From contig CAZZBB010000012.1 of NCBI GenBank assembly GCA_964652195.1, forward strand, positions 36,537-100,536: DNA of 64,000 nucleotides, given 5' to 3'. The stretch comes from an uncultured bacterium (GTDB lineage: Bacteria; Poribacteria; WGA-4E; WGA-3G). The translations under genes were made by a program, and so were the position numbers. Shown here one piece after another: positions 20,202-30,126 of the stretch (its first letter is position 1; every line of letters begins with the position of its first letter). Below the pieces are notes generated by a model that saw only the letters and a list, made by a program, of their open reading frames with translations, had not been told where the DNA came from and ran no database searches.

Positions 20202-21695
20202 TTACTCTCGGATATTAATTTCAAGTTGATTCATTGTTCGAAAACTACCTTCAGTAAATTCTATCATTGTATTTGATTCAAGGACACTACCCCCAAGCTG
20301 GATATGGTTAGCATCTGCAATATCCTGACCAATAGAAGGATCCATCTGTACCCATCTTCCAACATATACCTCTGGCCAGAAATGGTAATAGAATCCACCC
20401 CCAGTAAGGATTAATCCGGTACATATTCTTGATGGAATCCCGACAGAACGAGCTAATGCAATGAATAAGACCGTATGTTCTGTACAATCGCCGGATTGTG
20501 TTTTAAGTGTTGCCAGTGAAGTACTATATCCACCACTTAGATTCTTATCAATAATAGTCTTGTAAACCCAATCAGATAATTTTTTTGCTGCCTTCCAGGA
20601 GTTTACATCGCCATTAATTACTAATTCAGCTTTTTTCTTGATTTCTTCACTATCTGATTCTATATATGTACTTGGAGAAAGAAATACATCGAATTCTGTA
20701 TTCTGTATTGGTAAATCTAAACAATTTGTTTCATCTATATCTGACACATGTATACTTAATACACCGGAACGCTCATCATTCAATTCGAGACTTTGTCTAT
20801 GATTATCTACAACAGTCTCAATTAAATTGCCTCTTGTAAGCTTTAGTTCAGCCACAAGACGAGATGTACCGGGTTTAGATTTTTTACCTGTAGGTATAAT
20901 CCTACTTTTCAACATGATATCTATTTCATCGGTTTTACCAATAGCAGTAGTTCTGTCAGTTTTTGTTGTCACCATTGCAAAACCCATCATATCAGTTGAA
21001 TTCTTGAATGTAATTCCATCTTCAGTGATCCAGATACGGCTATTAATTCCTCCAAGAATATCCAGTTTTGTTTCAATAAGAAATACTTCCAAGTCTTCAG
21101 ATTGGTAAGTCAGATTATCTTTGCCTATCACATTCAGTTTAGCTTCAACTGGCTTAAGTAAATCAAAGCTGAATGTATGAATGTTTAGTTTTTCACCGGC
21201 TCTTAGTTTATTATTTGTTATTAGATGTTCTACAGCGGCTGATTCTGAAATTGTATCATTAGGGATTTCCACTTCGACTTTTGTAGTTTTGCCATTCAGT
21301 GTTGTTGAAATGTAGGCAATGTTATCTATAATTTTTCCTTCAGTATGTTTCTCACCTGATTCATTTGAAGTAGAGAAAAAATAGCGGGGTTTTAATTCTG
21401 AATCTAAGTATTCAATTCGGTTCGTCTCAATAGTGAATTTCTTTCCTAAACCAGATAGTTCCATATTAATATCTGTTTTAATTCGCAACATTTCTTCATT
21501 ATTGTATATAGTTTTTTCCAAAAAAGTATGGACAAATCCGATCTTCTTGTTCATCATCTGTAAATTGTACCAATGTTCTTGAGACTTTTCGAACATCATA
21601 TCAAAATCCACTTTATCCTTATCCACAGAACTGACATTTTGTATTAGCATCATGAAGCAAAATATAGATAACCCTATGATTGTATACAATTTCAT
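20202..21695 (-). CDS. Transglutaminase-like cysteine-protease-fold protein, secreted
   Basis: Signal peptide. Cys-His-Asp core: GDCTEHTVLFIALARSVGIPSR, YHFWPEVY, WVQMDPS. Confidence 0.75.
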   Translation of the reverse strand: MKLYTIIGLSIFCFMMLIQNVSSVDKDKVDFDMMFEKSQEHWYNLQMMNKKIGFVHTFLEKTIYNNEEMLRIKTDINMELSGLGKKFTIETNRIEYLDSELKPRYFFSTSNESGEKHTEGKIIDNIAYISTTLNGKTTKVEVEIPNDTISESAAVEHLITNNKLRAGEKLNIHTFSFDLLKPVEAKLNVIGKDNLTYQSEDLEVFLIETKLDILGGINSRIWITEDGITFKNSTDMMGFAMVTTKTDRTTAIGKTDEIDIMLKSRIIPTGKKSKPGTSRLVAELKLTRGNLIETVVDNHRQSLELNDERSGVLSIHVSDIDETNCLDLPIQNTEFDVFLSPSTYIESDSEEIKKKAELVINGDVNSWKAAKKLSDWVYKTIIDKNLSGGYSTSLATLKTQSGDCTEHTVLFIALARSVGIPSRICTGLILTGGGFYYHFWPEVYVGRWVQMDPSIGQDIADANHIQLGGSVLESNTMIEFTEGSFRTMNQLEINIRE

Positions 21696-22027
21696 ATTTA
21701 CACCTCTAAAGTGTGCAATTTTATTTTTTTGGATTTGTTATTATCTTGTTATACCATTTCTGATAATTAAAGTCACTTTAATGTAGCATAAACTTTCAGT
21801 TTATACCGTATTTCAATATCTGCATTACTACTATTCAAAGGTTGTTTGATACTGCCTAACCTAAAAGTTATGGATAAAAAAGAGACAGTTTCATTCAGAA
21901 ATAAGATTAGAACTCATAGTCGTAAATTGAACATTTAATCCTAAATTCTTAGATGATAAATCGTGAAAATGTTGTGTTTTTCCCGGTGGCGAAAAAGTGA
22001 CGAAAAAGGGGAAAAGTTACACTTTTT

Positions 22028-22044
22028 GACACATTGTGTGTCAT
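22028..22044. promoter_or_regulatory. Perfect palindrome TGACACA-N3-TGTGTCA (operator-like)
   Basis: Seen directly. It lies in the 860-bp non-coding region upstream of the minus-strand envelope cluster. It is flanked by repeated AAAAAGTG/CACTTTTT and TTGACA motifs. Confidence 0.3.
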
Positions 22045-22318
22045 TGAAATTGGTGTAAATTACCCCTCTAACCTCTGTCATAGACTGACTTTATCCCACT
22101 TTGAATTGACTATATAAGAATTTCCAAAAAGTGTGATTTTGTGTTTTTGTTGTCCTTACGGATTTTGTATTTTTCAAACTGCATATTAAAGCTGATTTTT
22201 TGACATAAAGTATATTTTGTATTTAGGACGTTTTTATAGATAGTCATCATTAATTCTCTTATTATTTACTTCCCATTAAGGTGGCGAATTCCATACTCGG
22301 ATTCGGCGTTGATTTGGT

Positions 22319-22336
22319 GAATGCTAAACAGCATTC
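22319..22336. repeat. GAATGC-loop-GCATTC hairpin repeat (family member)
   Basis: GAATGCTAAACAGCATTC. Related copies lie at 34358-34375 (GAATGCCTTAGGGCATTC) and 37922-37939 (degenerate). Confidence 0.45.
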
Positions 22337-22557
22337 ATACCGCTGATTCATTGATTTCACTCTTAGTTTGCGTGAAAAAGATGTACAAACTGGATGTTTG
22401 TGCTAAAAAGTAGCTTTTGGTAATGTTAGTTGTTAGCTATAGATATATTCTTCATTTTATTTTCAATTTTTTAGAAAAATGTGTAAAATCATCATTTGGT
22501 AGGGTTAACACTAATAGCAATTATTTTACTGTCTTTACAAGATGATACCATGAGAAA

Positions 22558-23259
22558 TTATGATAGAAGGGAATCAGGGATAATATTGCAGAGTTCTGAG
22601 ATTTCATTGATAGTGGTACCGTTCCAATTTTCAACATCTGATCGATGTGGGTCATAGGCATCTGATAAGTTTGTGCGTATGAGAATTGGTTGCATACCAA
22701 CAGTTGATGCACCGGTAAGTTCTTCGCTACTCCCATCCCCGACATAGATACATTCTTCTGGTTTGACATTTAGTCTTTCACAAGCTATTTCGTATATGCG
22801 AGGGGATGGTTTCTTGATGTGTTCTTCACAAGAAAATATGGGGGTATCAATGTATTGTGCTAAGGGAGAATTCGGATAGAGCATTGGAACGGTATTGTTG
22901 CAATTAGTGATTAACCCGAGAAGATACCCTTTACATTTTAGTCGATTTAACCCTTGTAGCACTTCAGTTTTGGGGATTAGGGAATTCCTTGTAAATTCAT
23001 TATTGATTGCAGATATTTTTTCCATTTGGGTTTTATTGACTGAAACATTTAGACGACGTCCTATTTCTTTGATGTGTTCTTCCGCAGAAAGTTTTCCTAA
23101 AGATCTATCATTGATGGTTTCTGCCTTTATCTTCCAAAATTTCTGATACGAAACATTAAGTATTTTTGCCATTTTAACCAATACGGGGTCATATACTTTT
23201 CTGCTGAAGATTGGGACTAAAGTGCCGTATAGGTCGAATATGATGGCTTTATATTGCAT
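22558..23259 (-). CDS. HAD superfamily hydrolase
   Basis: Motif I is IIFDLYGTL. A C-terminal VGDGSSEE...G motif is present. Confidence 0.7.
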   Translation of the reverse strand: MQYKAIIFDLYGTLVPIFSRKVYDPVLVKMAKILNVSYQKFWKIKAETINDRSLGKLSAEEHIKEIGRRLNVSVNKTQMEKISAINNEFTRNSLIPKTEVLQGLNRLKCKGYLLGLITNCNNTVPMLYPNSPLAQYIDTPIFSCEEHIKKPSPRIYEIACERLNVKPEECIYVGDGSSEELTGASTVGMQPILIRTNLSDAYDPHRSDVENWNGTTINEISELCNIIPDSLLS

Positions 23260-23325
23260 TCTTCTTTTTGATTATATTTCATAAGTCGAATATATTACGT
23301 ATCTTTGTTTTTGCATTGCCCTATA

Positions 23326-24081
23326 TTATTTTGAAACAATTGAAGTCGGGAAAGCATCGTAAGTTTTTCCGTTTATTTTTCTACCCCGTTTTGATTTTTG
23401 GACCCCACCCCATTGTTTAAAGAAGAAATGTACCTTTTCCTTTTCGCATAGATCTCGGATATCAATAACCCATTTCTCTTCCATTTTACGTGCCCCTGGA
23501 CCTGATTCTCCTCCAACAATAACCCAATTAATCTTAGTTAGATCTAAATCTGGTAAAGGACCGATAAGCGGTTCAAGTGATAAGAATTTTACTTTTGCAT
23601 TGGTTTCTCGTAGAGCCTCAATTCTATGTATGACACGACTATCTTCAACACTTACACCCATCCAGACGTTTGGGGGCCATGACAATTCCGAATTATATCT
23701 TAATAATTGTTCTGCACGTTTAGTCAAAATCTGGAATTGGTGCCAATATGCTTTTTCCATAACATAGAACACTTCTTTGATATATGATAATTCAATCTTT
23801 TCATGAAAGAGATCGCTCATAGAATTTACAAAGATCCGTCGAGGTTTTTTCCATTTTAGCGGTTGATTAAGGAGTGAACGAACTGGTTGTACTTTCTGTG
23901 TCCATTGAGGCCCGGCTTTTGTGTTTTTTGCAAAACCTTCATACGCTAATCCTTTACCAGAAAACCGTGCTGCTATGCGTTCGGCATAACAGAACCGACA
24001 TCCTTCAGAGACACGTGTGCAACCCCGTACTGGATTCCAAGTAGATTCTGTCCATTCGATGCTTGATGATATGGTAGCCAT
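23326..24081 (-). CDS. Phage Gp37/Gp68 family (DUF5131) three-Cys-motif protein
   Basis: The N-terminus WNPVRGCTRVSEGCRFCYAE carries a C-x6-C-x2-C motif. Size is 251 aa. Gene pairing matches this family. Confidence 0.65.
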   Translation of the reverse strand: MATISSSIEWTESTWNPVRGCTRVSEGCRFCYAERIAARFSGKGLAYEGFAKNTKAGPQWTQKVQPVRSLLNQPLKWKKPRRIFVNSMSDLFHEKIELSYIKEVFYVMEKAYWHQFQILTKRAEQLLRYNSELSWPPNVWMGVSVEDSRVIHRIEALRETNAKVKFLSLEPLIGPLPDLDLTKINWVIVGGESGPGARKMEEKWVIDIRDLCEKEKVHFFFKQWGGVQKSKRGRKINGKTYDAFPTSIVSK

Positions 24082-24112
24082 TTTTTATCTCCAACGAAAT
24101 TTCTAATGATTA

Positions 24113-25030
24113 TTAATTAGAATGTTGAGCTAATTCTTTTAGAAGAATGTCTTGTGCAATGTTCACTGCTGTAGGAGCCCCTTTTGGGTTACCTGCAGCA
24201 AAACATAATAGGTATAAGGGGACATTTTTTGAATTACGAAGTGGTAAGGGTTTTTCGGCAACACCACTAAATATTTCTTTTAACCTTTTCACGAAATACC
24301 GTTCAATTTCTATAAATATATCACCAGTCTTTACCCACTGATTTTGAACTTCAAACATTGGAATCTGTTGAGCAATTTTGTAGAAAACGTCATACCAAGT
24401 CTCATTACCAAAAAACAGATTCAATTTTTCTTGAATCGAAGGACGAATATCACCATTCCTTTTTAGTAATCGATTTACGGTGCCAATTGGAAATAATAAC
24501 CAAAGATCAATAGCCTTAGTTTTAGCAATAGATTGAATAGTCTTCCATTCAACCTGCATTCCAAAAGGATCAAGAAACACTAATGCTCGATGCATTCCCC
24601 ATTCTTTATTGCAAAAATCATCCAAGAATGTATTCGCATCAGATTGAAGACATTCTATATCATCTGGTAAGAAGTCTTGTTTTTGTACAAATTCATCTTT
24701 AAGTTTCTTTAATTCTGAGAAATTGTGTTCGTCTTGTTCTATAAAGAAGTATTTTTGGAATCTTGGTTTTACTTCTAACGCATTTCGAACAGATCCTTGT
24801 CGAAAATTCAGTATTTCCTGAGAAATGAGTTCAGGAAATAAAATCTCTTTTTGATCTTCATCAAGTTTTAGTTCTCTATAACCAGTTCCGGCAAAAGCAT
24901 CTACATAAGCGAATTTGAAATTTTGCTTGTTCATTATTGTTGTATAGGCACTTAAATATTTGCTTACACAATTCAACTTTTGCTCTGTCCAGCTTCCACC
25001 GAAAACCTGACCAAAGCTTTTCATCTGCAC
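24113..25030 (-). CDS. Partner protein of the Gp37/Gp68 family (TcmP-like); methyltransferase-fold-like
   Basis: Encoded 32 bp upstream on the same strand. Contains VDAFAGTG, which is like MTase motif I, and FLDPFG, which is like the DPPY motif. Identity as TIGR04474 TcmP is recalled, not computed. Confidence 0.5.
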   Translation of the reverse strand: MQMKSFGQVFGGSWTEQKLNCVSKYLSAYTTIMNKQNFKFAYVDAFAGTGYRELKLDEDQKEILFPELISQEILNFRQGSVRNALEVKPRFQKYFFIEQDEHNFSELKKLKDEFVQKQDFLPDDIECLQSDANTFLDDFCNKEWGMHRALVFLDPFGMQVEWKTIQSIAKTKAIDLWLLFPIGTVNRLLKRNGDIRPSIQEKLNLFFGNETWYDVFYKIAQQIPMFEVQNQWVKTGDIFIEIERYFVKRLKEIFSGVAEKPLPLRNSKNVPLYLLCFAAGNPKGAPTAVNIAQDILLKELAQHSN

Positions 25031-25283
25031 CTCTAAAAAATAGACTTATTGAACTAAGAGTATATAATATATTATTACGAACTGTCAATTAAAATTATCA
25101 TGTTGTTTATTATTTGAGGGTGTTTTTGTGGAATTATGGAATCGAACCGATGGTATTAGGTATAGACATAGCACCAGTGGCATGGAATGTGTATAGTTAG
25201 TTCGTGGATTCCTGAGTCTAAGACAGAAGGGCAGCATGCGCGTTTGGCATGCTGCATGAGGTTTTGTAAGTATGCTTAGTGAT

Positions 25284-25306
25284 ACACCTTTCGCACCTCT
25301 GGTGCT
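25284..25306. repeat. 23-bp repeat ACACCTTTCGCACC(T)CTGGTGCT, copy 1
   Basis: Contains the GCACC-N3-GGTGC hairpin. Copies 2 and 3 lie at 30076 and 30127, and an inverted degenerate copy at 59207. Copy 1 sits at the left edge of the GC-rich island. Confidence 0.7.
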
Positions 25307-25606
25307 GAAGATACATGAAGTAGTATTATTTTTCTAAATTGATGCCATTAGATATAACATTACTGATAGTGGTGGCAAAAAGCACACGCTTGTAATTGGT
25401 CGCAGTATATATGCAAGGGTTAATGGTAAATGGAAGTATCAGACAGGTTAGTGGTTAGAAGCTAAAAAAATTAAAAAATGGTTTGACAAGCATAGCAGCA
25501 ATTAACTACACTATATTAGGTTTTGATACAATTACGGAGCAAAATAAGCGTAGGTTCAGCAAGAACCTACGCTTATTATAGTGCTTTGCAAAACCAGAGG
25601 TTTCAC

Positions 25607-26107
25607 ATGAAATATCAATTGGTAATCCAAGACCTTAGTATACCGGTGCCAGGTGTACCTTCGTGGAGTATACCCTTATGTTCTAACCATAACGTTTACT
25701 TTGGTTGCTTAGGGCATATAGCCGAGGAGGATATAAAAACAAACCGTATAGATAGCCAATTTTATAATGGAGAAGATACAGCTATCGTCTTAGATATTGA
25801 TATAGATGCCAAAGTCGTGAGACACACCTGTTTGGCCCGTAAAAAAGAGACGACTGTGCAGTCAACAGTGGCGTTGGGTATAGGTGATGATATAGTGGAT
25901 GCGGGGGCTAAATTCACAGTAGGTCAGACGACGTATATAGCGATAACCGAGAGTGTAAAAGAGACGGTTAATACCCCTGTGGTTTCGCTAAGAGATAGTG
26001 TATATGCCGGCGTAGATTTTGATCGTCGTGCGCTATGCTCTGCCCACGCGGATTTTGATTTTGAGGGCAATGATTTTGACGAAGGTTCGGTCTGGTATCA
26101 GCCTTGA
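25607..26107 (+). CDS. Hypothetical protein
   Basis: An internal ATG at 25607 follows an AGAGG RBS; the ORF track starts at 25523, but a strong hairpin at 25544-25575 falls inside that longer ORF. No recognisable domain. It is the first gene of the GC-richer island. Confidence 0.4.
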   Translation: MKYQLVIQDLSIPVPGVPSWSIPLCSNHNVYFGCLGHIAEEDIKTNRIDSQFYNGEDTAIVLDIDIDAKVVRHTCLARKKETTVQSTVALGIGDDIVDAGAKFTVGQTTYIAITESVKETVNTPVVSLRDSVYAGVDFDRRALCSAHADFDFEGNDFDEGSVWYQP

Positions 26108-26172
26108 ATAACTTTTAGATGCGACTTGGCACCCCGGTTTATACTGTCGGGGTACCCTAAAGTAGAATTCCC

Positions 26173-27792
26173 ATGAGAATAAAACATGCTTTTACAATAC
26201 TTTTTGTTATCCTCTTTGGCATTAGTGTTTTTATCTTTTTACGAAGTTCTAATGTCCTTCCCAATGGTGATAAACTTGTCTTTCTCAATGGTGATAAACT
26301 GAAACCGAGAACTCCGGATGGTCCTGTCTCCACGTTAGAAAAAGCGGCGCGTGTGGCGTTGCATCCACTCGCAGCAGATTGGAAAACAGTTGAAGCAGCA
26401 ATGAAGCAGCGTGTTTTATCTTGGGAGGATTGGGCTCGGAAAACAGTTGAAATCGGGTGTGCGATGGACGTGCTGTATGGACATATAAACACCCCTGAAG
26501 AGGTTGCAGCGGCACGCGAAAAACAGTTAGCGATACAACTGAAATGGGCTGCCGACTGTGAATCTAGAGGGTCTATTCTTCCTAACTATCCTTTTGAGAT
26601 TCCGAAGGTTTCCCCTAAGAAGCGGTTTGACTACGAAGGACCTCAGACGAGCGAAGCACTGCTGGCAGCGTTTGATCGGAAGTGGATGGAACGTTATCCG
26701 CAATCGGTGGATTGGGACGCACATTATCCCAAAGCCGCCTGGATTGACCGAATTGTGAGTCTGGGCGGTGAAGTCCAAAGTTACGGCGATTATAGTTTTT
26801 ACCTTAAATTGCGCAGAGACCTTATCAAACACAAAGAGTCCCCGCACAAATGGCATAGTGGGGCGTTCGGTATCCCTCCAACAACGAACTTTGAGGAATA
26901 CGAAACAGGCTATATCAATAGAAAGATTTGGGAAAATGATATACGCAAAGAGGTTCGCTCTAACTACCCTGACGAGCCCAAGATTACAACCTATTTCCCC
27001 AGTGATCAACCTGATAAATACCTTCCTGTAGTAGGTAACATGACGTATGTCTACAGAAAGCCGAATAGCAGTGCAGTGAGAACCTATGGTAAATTGCTGA
27101 CTGATGAAGAGGTAAAGGACCTGAGAAATAAAGGCATAGAACCGAAGGATGTTGAAATTGTCTACATTGATGACGAATACAATGTCCTTACCGAAAAACC
27201 GAAACCCTATAACCATCAAGAGTGGTTAGAAAAAAACTCTTATGACATTGTCCCCGAAGGACTCCGTGCGCCGGATGGCACCATCGTGTCCCCTGAGCGT
27301 TATCAGGAAATAAGAGGTCAAGAGATGCCTTATGAGACGCGGCAAAGGTATGATGAATATATCGGTGATTCCCCTGCTGCTGTGGATCCTGCTGCTGCTG
27401 AGGCGGAACGCCGAGCCGTATTAACCCGCGAAGCTGCCCGTGCGGAATTTGAACGATTTAAAGAGGATATGCGCCAAATAGAAAAGTTTCAGTCTATGGC
27501 AGCAAACGAGGTATCCCGTAAGTTTGCGTTGGAGTTTCTGTCTCAATACACGCCGAAGTCCGCCACGGATAAACGGCTCCAAACGGCACTGCAAACGATG
27601 TTTCAACGTGGGTTTGATGACGGGCTGCACAGCCTGCGAAAAGACGACCCTGCCCTGGCAGCAGAGTTAGAACGGCAGCTTGCCGAAACATACAGACCAC
27701 CACAACCGCAGTTGCGACGACTAAAGACCGTGCCCCAAAAGACCGTGCCCCCTAATCCAGCGGAGACACCTCCCGCAGGGGATACGGACTAA
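26173..27792 (+). CDS. Hypothetical 539-aa protein with N-terminal membrane anchor
   Basis: Long ORF with about 50% GC and a hydrophobic N-terminus (AFTILFVILFGISVFIFL). The antisense strand also carries long ORFs, as expected for GC-rich DNA. No motif recognised. Confidence 0.5.
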   Translation: MRIKHAFTILFVILFGISVFIFLRSSNVLPNGDKLVFLNGDKLKPRTPDGPVSTLEKAARVALHPLAADWKTVEAAMKQRVLSWEDWARKTVEIGCAMDVLYGHINTPEEVAAAREKQLAIQLKWAADCESRGSILPNYPFEIPKVSPKKRFDYEGPQTSEALLAAFDRKWMERYPQSVDWDAHYPKAAWIDRIVSLGGEVQSYGDYSFYLKLRRDLIKHKESPHKWHSGAFGIPPTTNFEEYETGYINRKIWENDIRKEVRSNYPDEPKITTYFPSDQPDKYLPVVGNMTYVYRKPNSSAVRTYGKLLTDEEVKDLRNKGIEPKDVEIVYIDDEYNVLTEKPKPYNHQEWLEKNSYDIVPEGLRAPDGTIVSPERYQEIRGQEMPYETRQRYDEYIGDSPAAVDPAAAEAERRAVLTREAARAEFERFKEDMRQIEKFQSMAANEVSRKFALEFLSQYTPKSATDKRLQTALQTMFQRGFDDGLHSLRKDDPALAAELERQLAETYRPPQPQLRRLKTVPQKTVPPNPAETPPAGDTD

Positions 27793-27982
27793 ATGAAGCA
27801 TCTGATACATTGGAGCAGCCTCGTGCTGCTCCTTATCGGGGTGCGGACTACTTCTATAGCCGGACCACTACAGACGTAGCTTCTCTGTGAGTACGTCACT
27901 GGGATGAGATAGACGTGGCGGCTATCCAAAGAGACTATCAACCTTAGAGACAGAAGAACAGATATCAGAGTATCTGCTGTGG

Positions 27983-28845
27983 GTGCTTCTCTTTGTACCG
28001 ACACTTTACCTCTTTTCACCGCCCTATCGTAGTGGCGGGGGATGGACAACCCATGCCACCGCTTTTTTACTCGCCTCCCCTATCGTCATGCTACTGCTAC
28101 GCACCGGACGGTATTTTCTGACACGCACACAGCACCCCTTTGCAAAGGTTGTCACAGAAAAGATGTCCGCACGCGGTATCTCACTGGTTCTCTGTGCCAT
28201 ATGCATCCTCAGCGGAATTGCTTATATCGTGCTTGTGCGGGATACATTTTGCACAGGATACACCAATATCAAGAACACGTATCTAACGCGACGACAGAAC
28301 AAAAACCATTAGATTTTCTAAAAACATACAACGTGACACACATACTTCTCAGTGAAGAAGATGTGCTGAACATCGCTTCTCTGCACACGGATGAACAAGA
28401 CGAATACCTAACTTCTATGGTGAGACTACTGCCACGCTCTTATACCGGCAGTACACATGCCAGATTGATACCGGCACACAAAAAAACGTTGCTCAGTTTT
28501 GTGGAGATCGATTTCTATCACAAACCAACTACCGCCACAGCAAAACTAAAAAACGGTAAAACAGTAAATATCGGATACGTCAAGTCCGATAGCACAGCAG
28601 AGAAAAAAAATGAAAAATACGGGGGAATGCTACATCTATTCGATCCAAAAACACACCAAGAAGCCATATACTACCTATCCCCGCAGATTTGGAATAGTTT
28701 CGCTATCAAACTATTTTTCCGAAACCAATATAGCAAAGCGTTTGTGCCCGTATATCCACAACAAACAGGAAACGCAAAAGTCAAAATATGGGAGATACAG
28801 TATCCGACAGATATAAATGAAAATCTGAAATATCTCGAAAGGTAA
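27983..28845 (+). pseudogene. Probable frameshifted gene (hypothetical membrane protein)
   Basis: ORF 27983-28312 reads as a membrane N-terminus. ORF 28042-28845 is protein-like only after about 28300 (KPLDFLKTYNVTHILLSEEDV...). Its first 80 codons are His/Arg/Cys-rich out-of-frame noise. A +1/-1 shift near 28290-28315 would join the two halves. Confidence 0.35.
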
Positions 28846-29358
28846 ATGAAAATGATACGCATCTTGAAACAATGCTGCATATATGGCGGGATCCTTTTCT
28901 TTGGACTTGTCATTACAAATGCGACACTACAACGATTGGTAAAACCAACACCGATAAAAGTGTACGTGATACCGAAAACAGAAAAGAAAGAATATATAAA
29001 AAGAAATACAAAACTCTATGAACACCTAAAACCGAAACCGATTGACCGGCAGAAAGTATTTGATAACACAATCATTGAGAATAACATCTTCGCACCCCTC
29101 GGATACAAACCGCCCAAAAAAACACACACTTATAGACTCGTCGGAACACAGATACCAATCGGGAGAGAAACAGAGGCAATAGCGATATTACAAGAGACCA
29201 CCGGCGAGAAAAATATGCTGAGCGTTTCCATCGGAACAAAAATAGCACAGGACACAGTGGTCATGGACATAAAACCCAAGCAGATAATCATCAAAAAAGG
29301 GAATAGACGGACCCTCCTGAGGTTAGAGACATGGCTACTCCTAAATAACAGAAGGTAG
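28846..29358 (+). CDS. Hypothetical single-TM protein (weak GspC/PilP-like pattern)
   Basis: N-terminal TM (CCIYGGILFFGLVI). The C-terminal region RLVGTQIPIGRETEAIAIL...IIIKKGNRRTLL is reminiscent of GspC/PilP beta-domains. Low confidence. Confidence 0.4.
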   Translation: MKMIRILKQCCIYGGILFFGLVITNATLQRLVKPTPIKVYVIPKTEKKEYIKRNTKLYEHLKPKPIDRQKVFDNTIIENNIFAPLGYKPPKKTHTYRLVGTQIPIGRETEAIAILQETTGEKNMLSVSIGTKIAQDTVVMDIKPKQIIIKKGNRRTLLRLETWLLLNNRR

Positions 29359-29367
29359 GCACACAGC

Positions 29368-29989
29368 ATGAAAGCAAACGCAATTACGAGCACACGCATC
29401 GTTCTCACATTTATGCTCATCGCAATGTTCGGGGAAAATATATATAGATATGGCAGCCACAGCAACAATTCCACTGATCTTCATACTCGATGCCATTGAC
29501 GGATATGTCGCACGAAAGTATAAACAGGAAAACGCCTCCGGCGCCGTCTTAGACATTGCAGCAGATAGAATTATTGAAAATGTATTTTGGATTTACTTCA
29601 CCGCAAATCAGGTGATCCATTTCTGGATGCCGGTCGCAGTACTCACACGCGGATTCGTTACGGACGCAATACGCAGCTTCGCACTCAAAGACGGAAAGAT
29701 CCCTTTTGAAATGAACACAAAATATTGGACACACGCAATGACAAGCTCACGCATCTCACGCGCATGCTCAGGAACATCAAAAATGAGCGCATTCTTCGCA
29801 ATGGCAGCATTACTCGCTATCAAAAATCAGCAGATACACACCCAGCAGCTCGAGAAACTTCAGACAACAACTCTTATACTCGCAATCACCGCTGTCGCAA
29901 TCTGTATACTACGAGGGATACCTGTCATAATTGAGGGGCGACATCAAAAAAGCATTCAAACAATAATCTGGGTTATACTATTCATGTAA
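29368..29989 (+). pseudogene. CDP-alcohol phosphatidyltransferase family gene, apparently frameshifted
   Basis: From 29368 frame 1 gives MKANAITSTRIVLTFMLIAMF, a typical N-terminus, then a stop. From 29450 frame 2 carries D(x)2DG(x)2AR(x)8G(x)3D(x)3D (LDAIDGYVARK...GAVLDIAADRI). The shift falls in AAAATATATATAGATATGG. Confidence 0.5.
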
Positions 29990-30075
29990 TACCATTTCTA
30001 ATTAATTTTTGTTCCATTACCTAATGTTACTATAGTTTGGACAATTTTCGTAATTTCTTGAACAACTGTATACAT

Positions 30076-30098
30076 ACACCTTTCGCACCGCTGGTGCT
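30076..30098. repeat. 23-bp repeat ACACCTTTCGCACCGCTGGTGCT, copy 2
   Basis: Identical to copy 3 and 22 of 23 identical to copy 1. Confidence 0.7.
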
Positions 30099-30126
30099 CG
30101 GTTACTTGTGGCATTTACGTTTCTAC

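Noticed and set aside
25100-25160. tRNA-like T-arm motif (reverse complement GGTTCGATTCC) near the left island boundary
   Set aside because: Flanking sequence does not form T-stem, acceptor stem or anticodon arm. It is probably chance or at most a degenerate fragment. No tRNA is called.
26527-27219. 230-aa antisense ORF (and other 60-90-aa ORFs) inside the 539-aa island gene
   Set aside because: Antisense to a longer, better-supported ORF. GC-rich DNA yields long spurious ORFs. Arg/Phe-rich low-complexity translation.
28042-28290. N-terminal 80 codons of ORF 28042-28845 as genuine coding sequence
   Set aside because: The translation is His/Arg/Cys-rich and reads like an out-of-frame product. 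The real coding frame here is that of ORF 27983-28312. It is treated as a frameshift rather than an overlapping gene.
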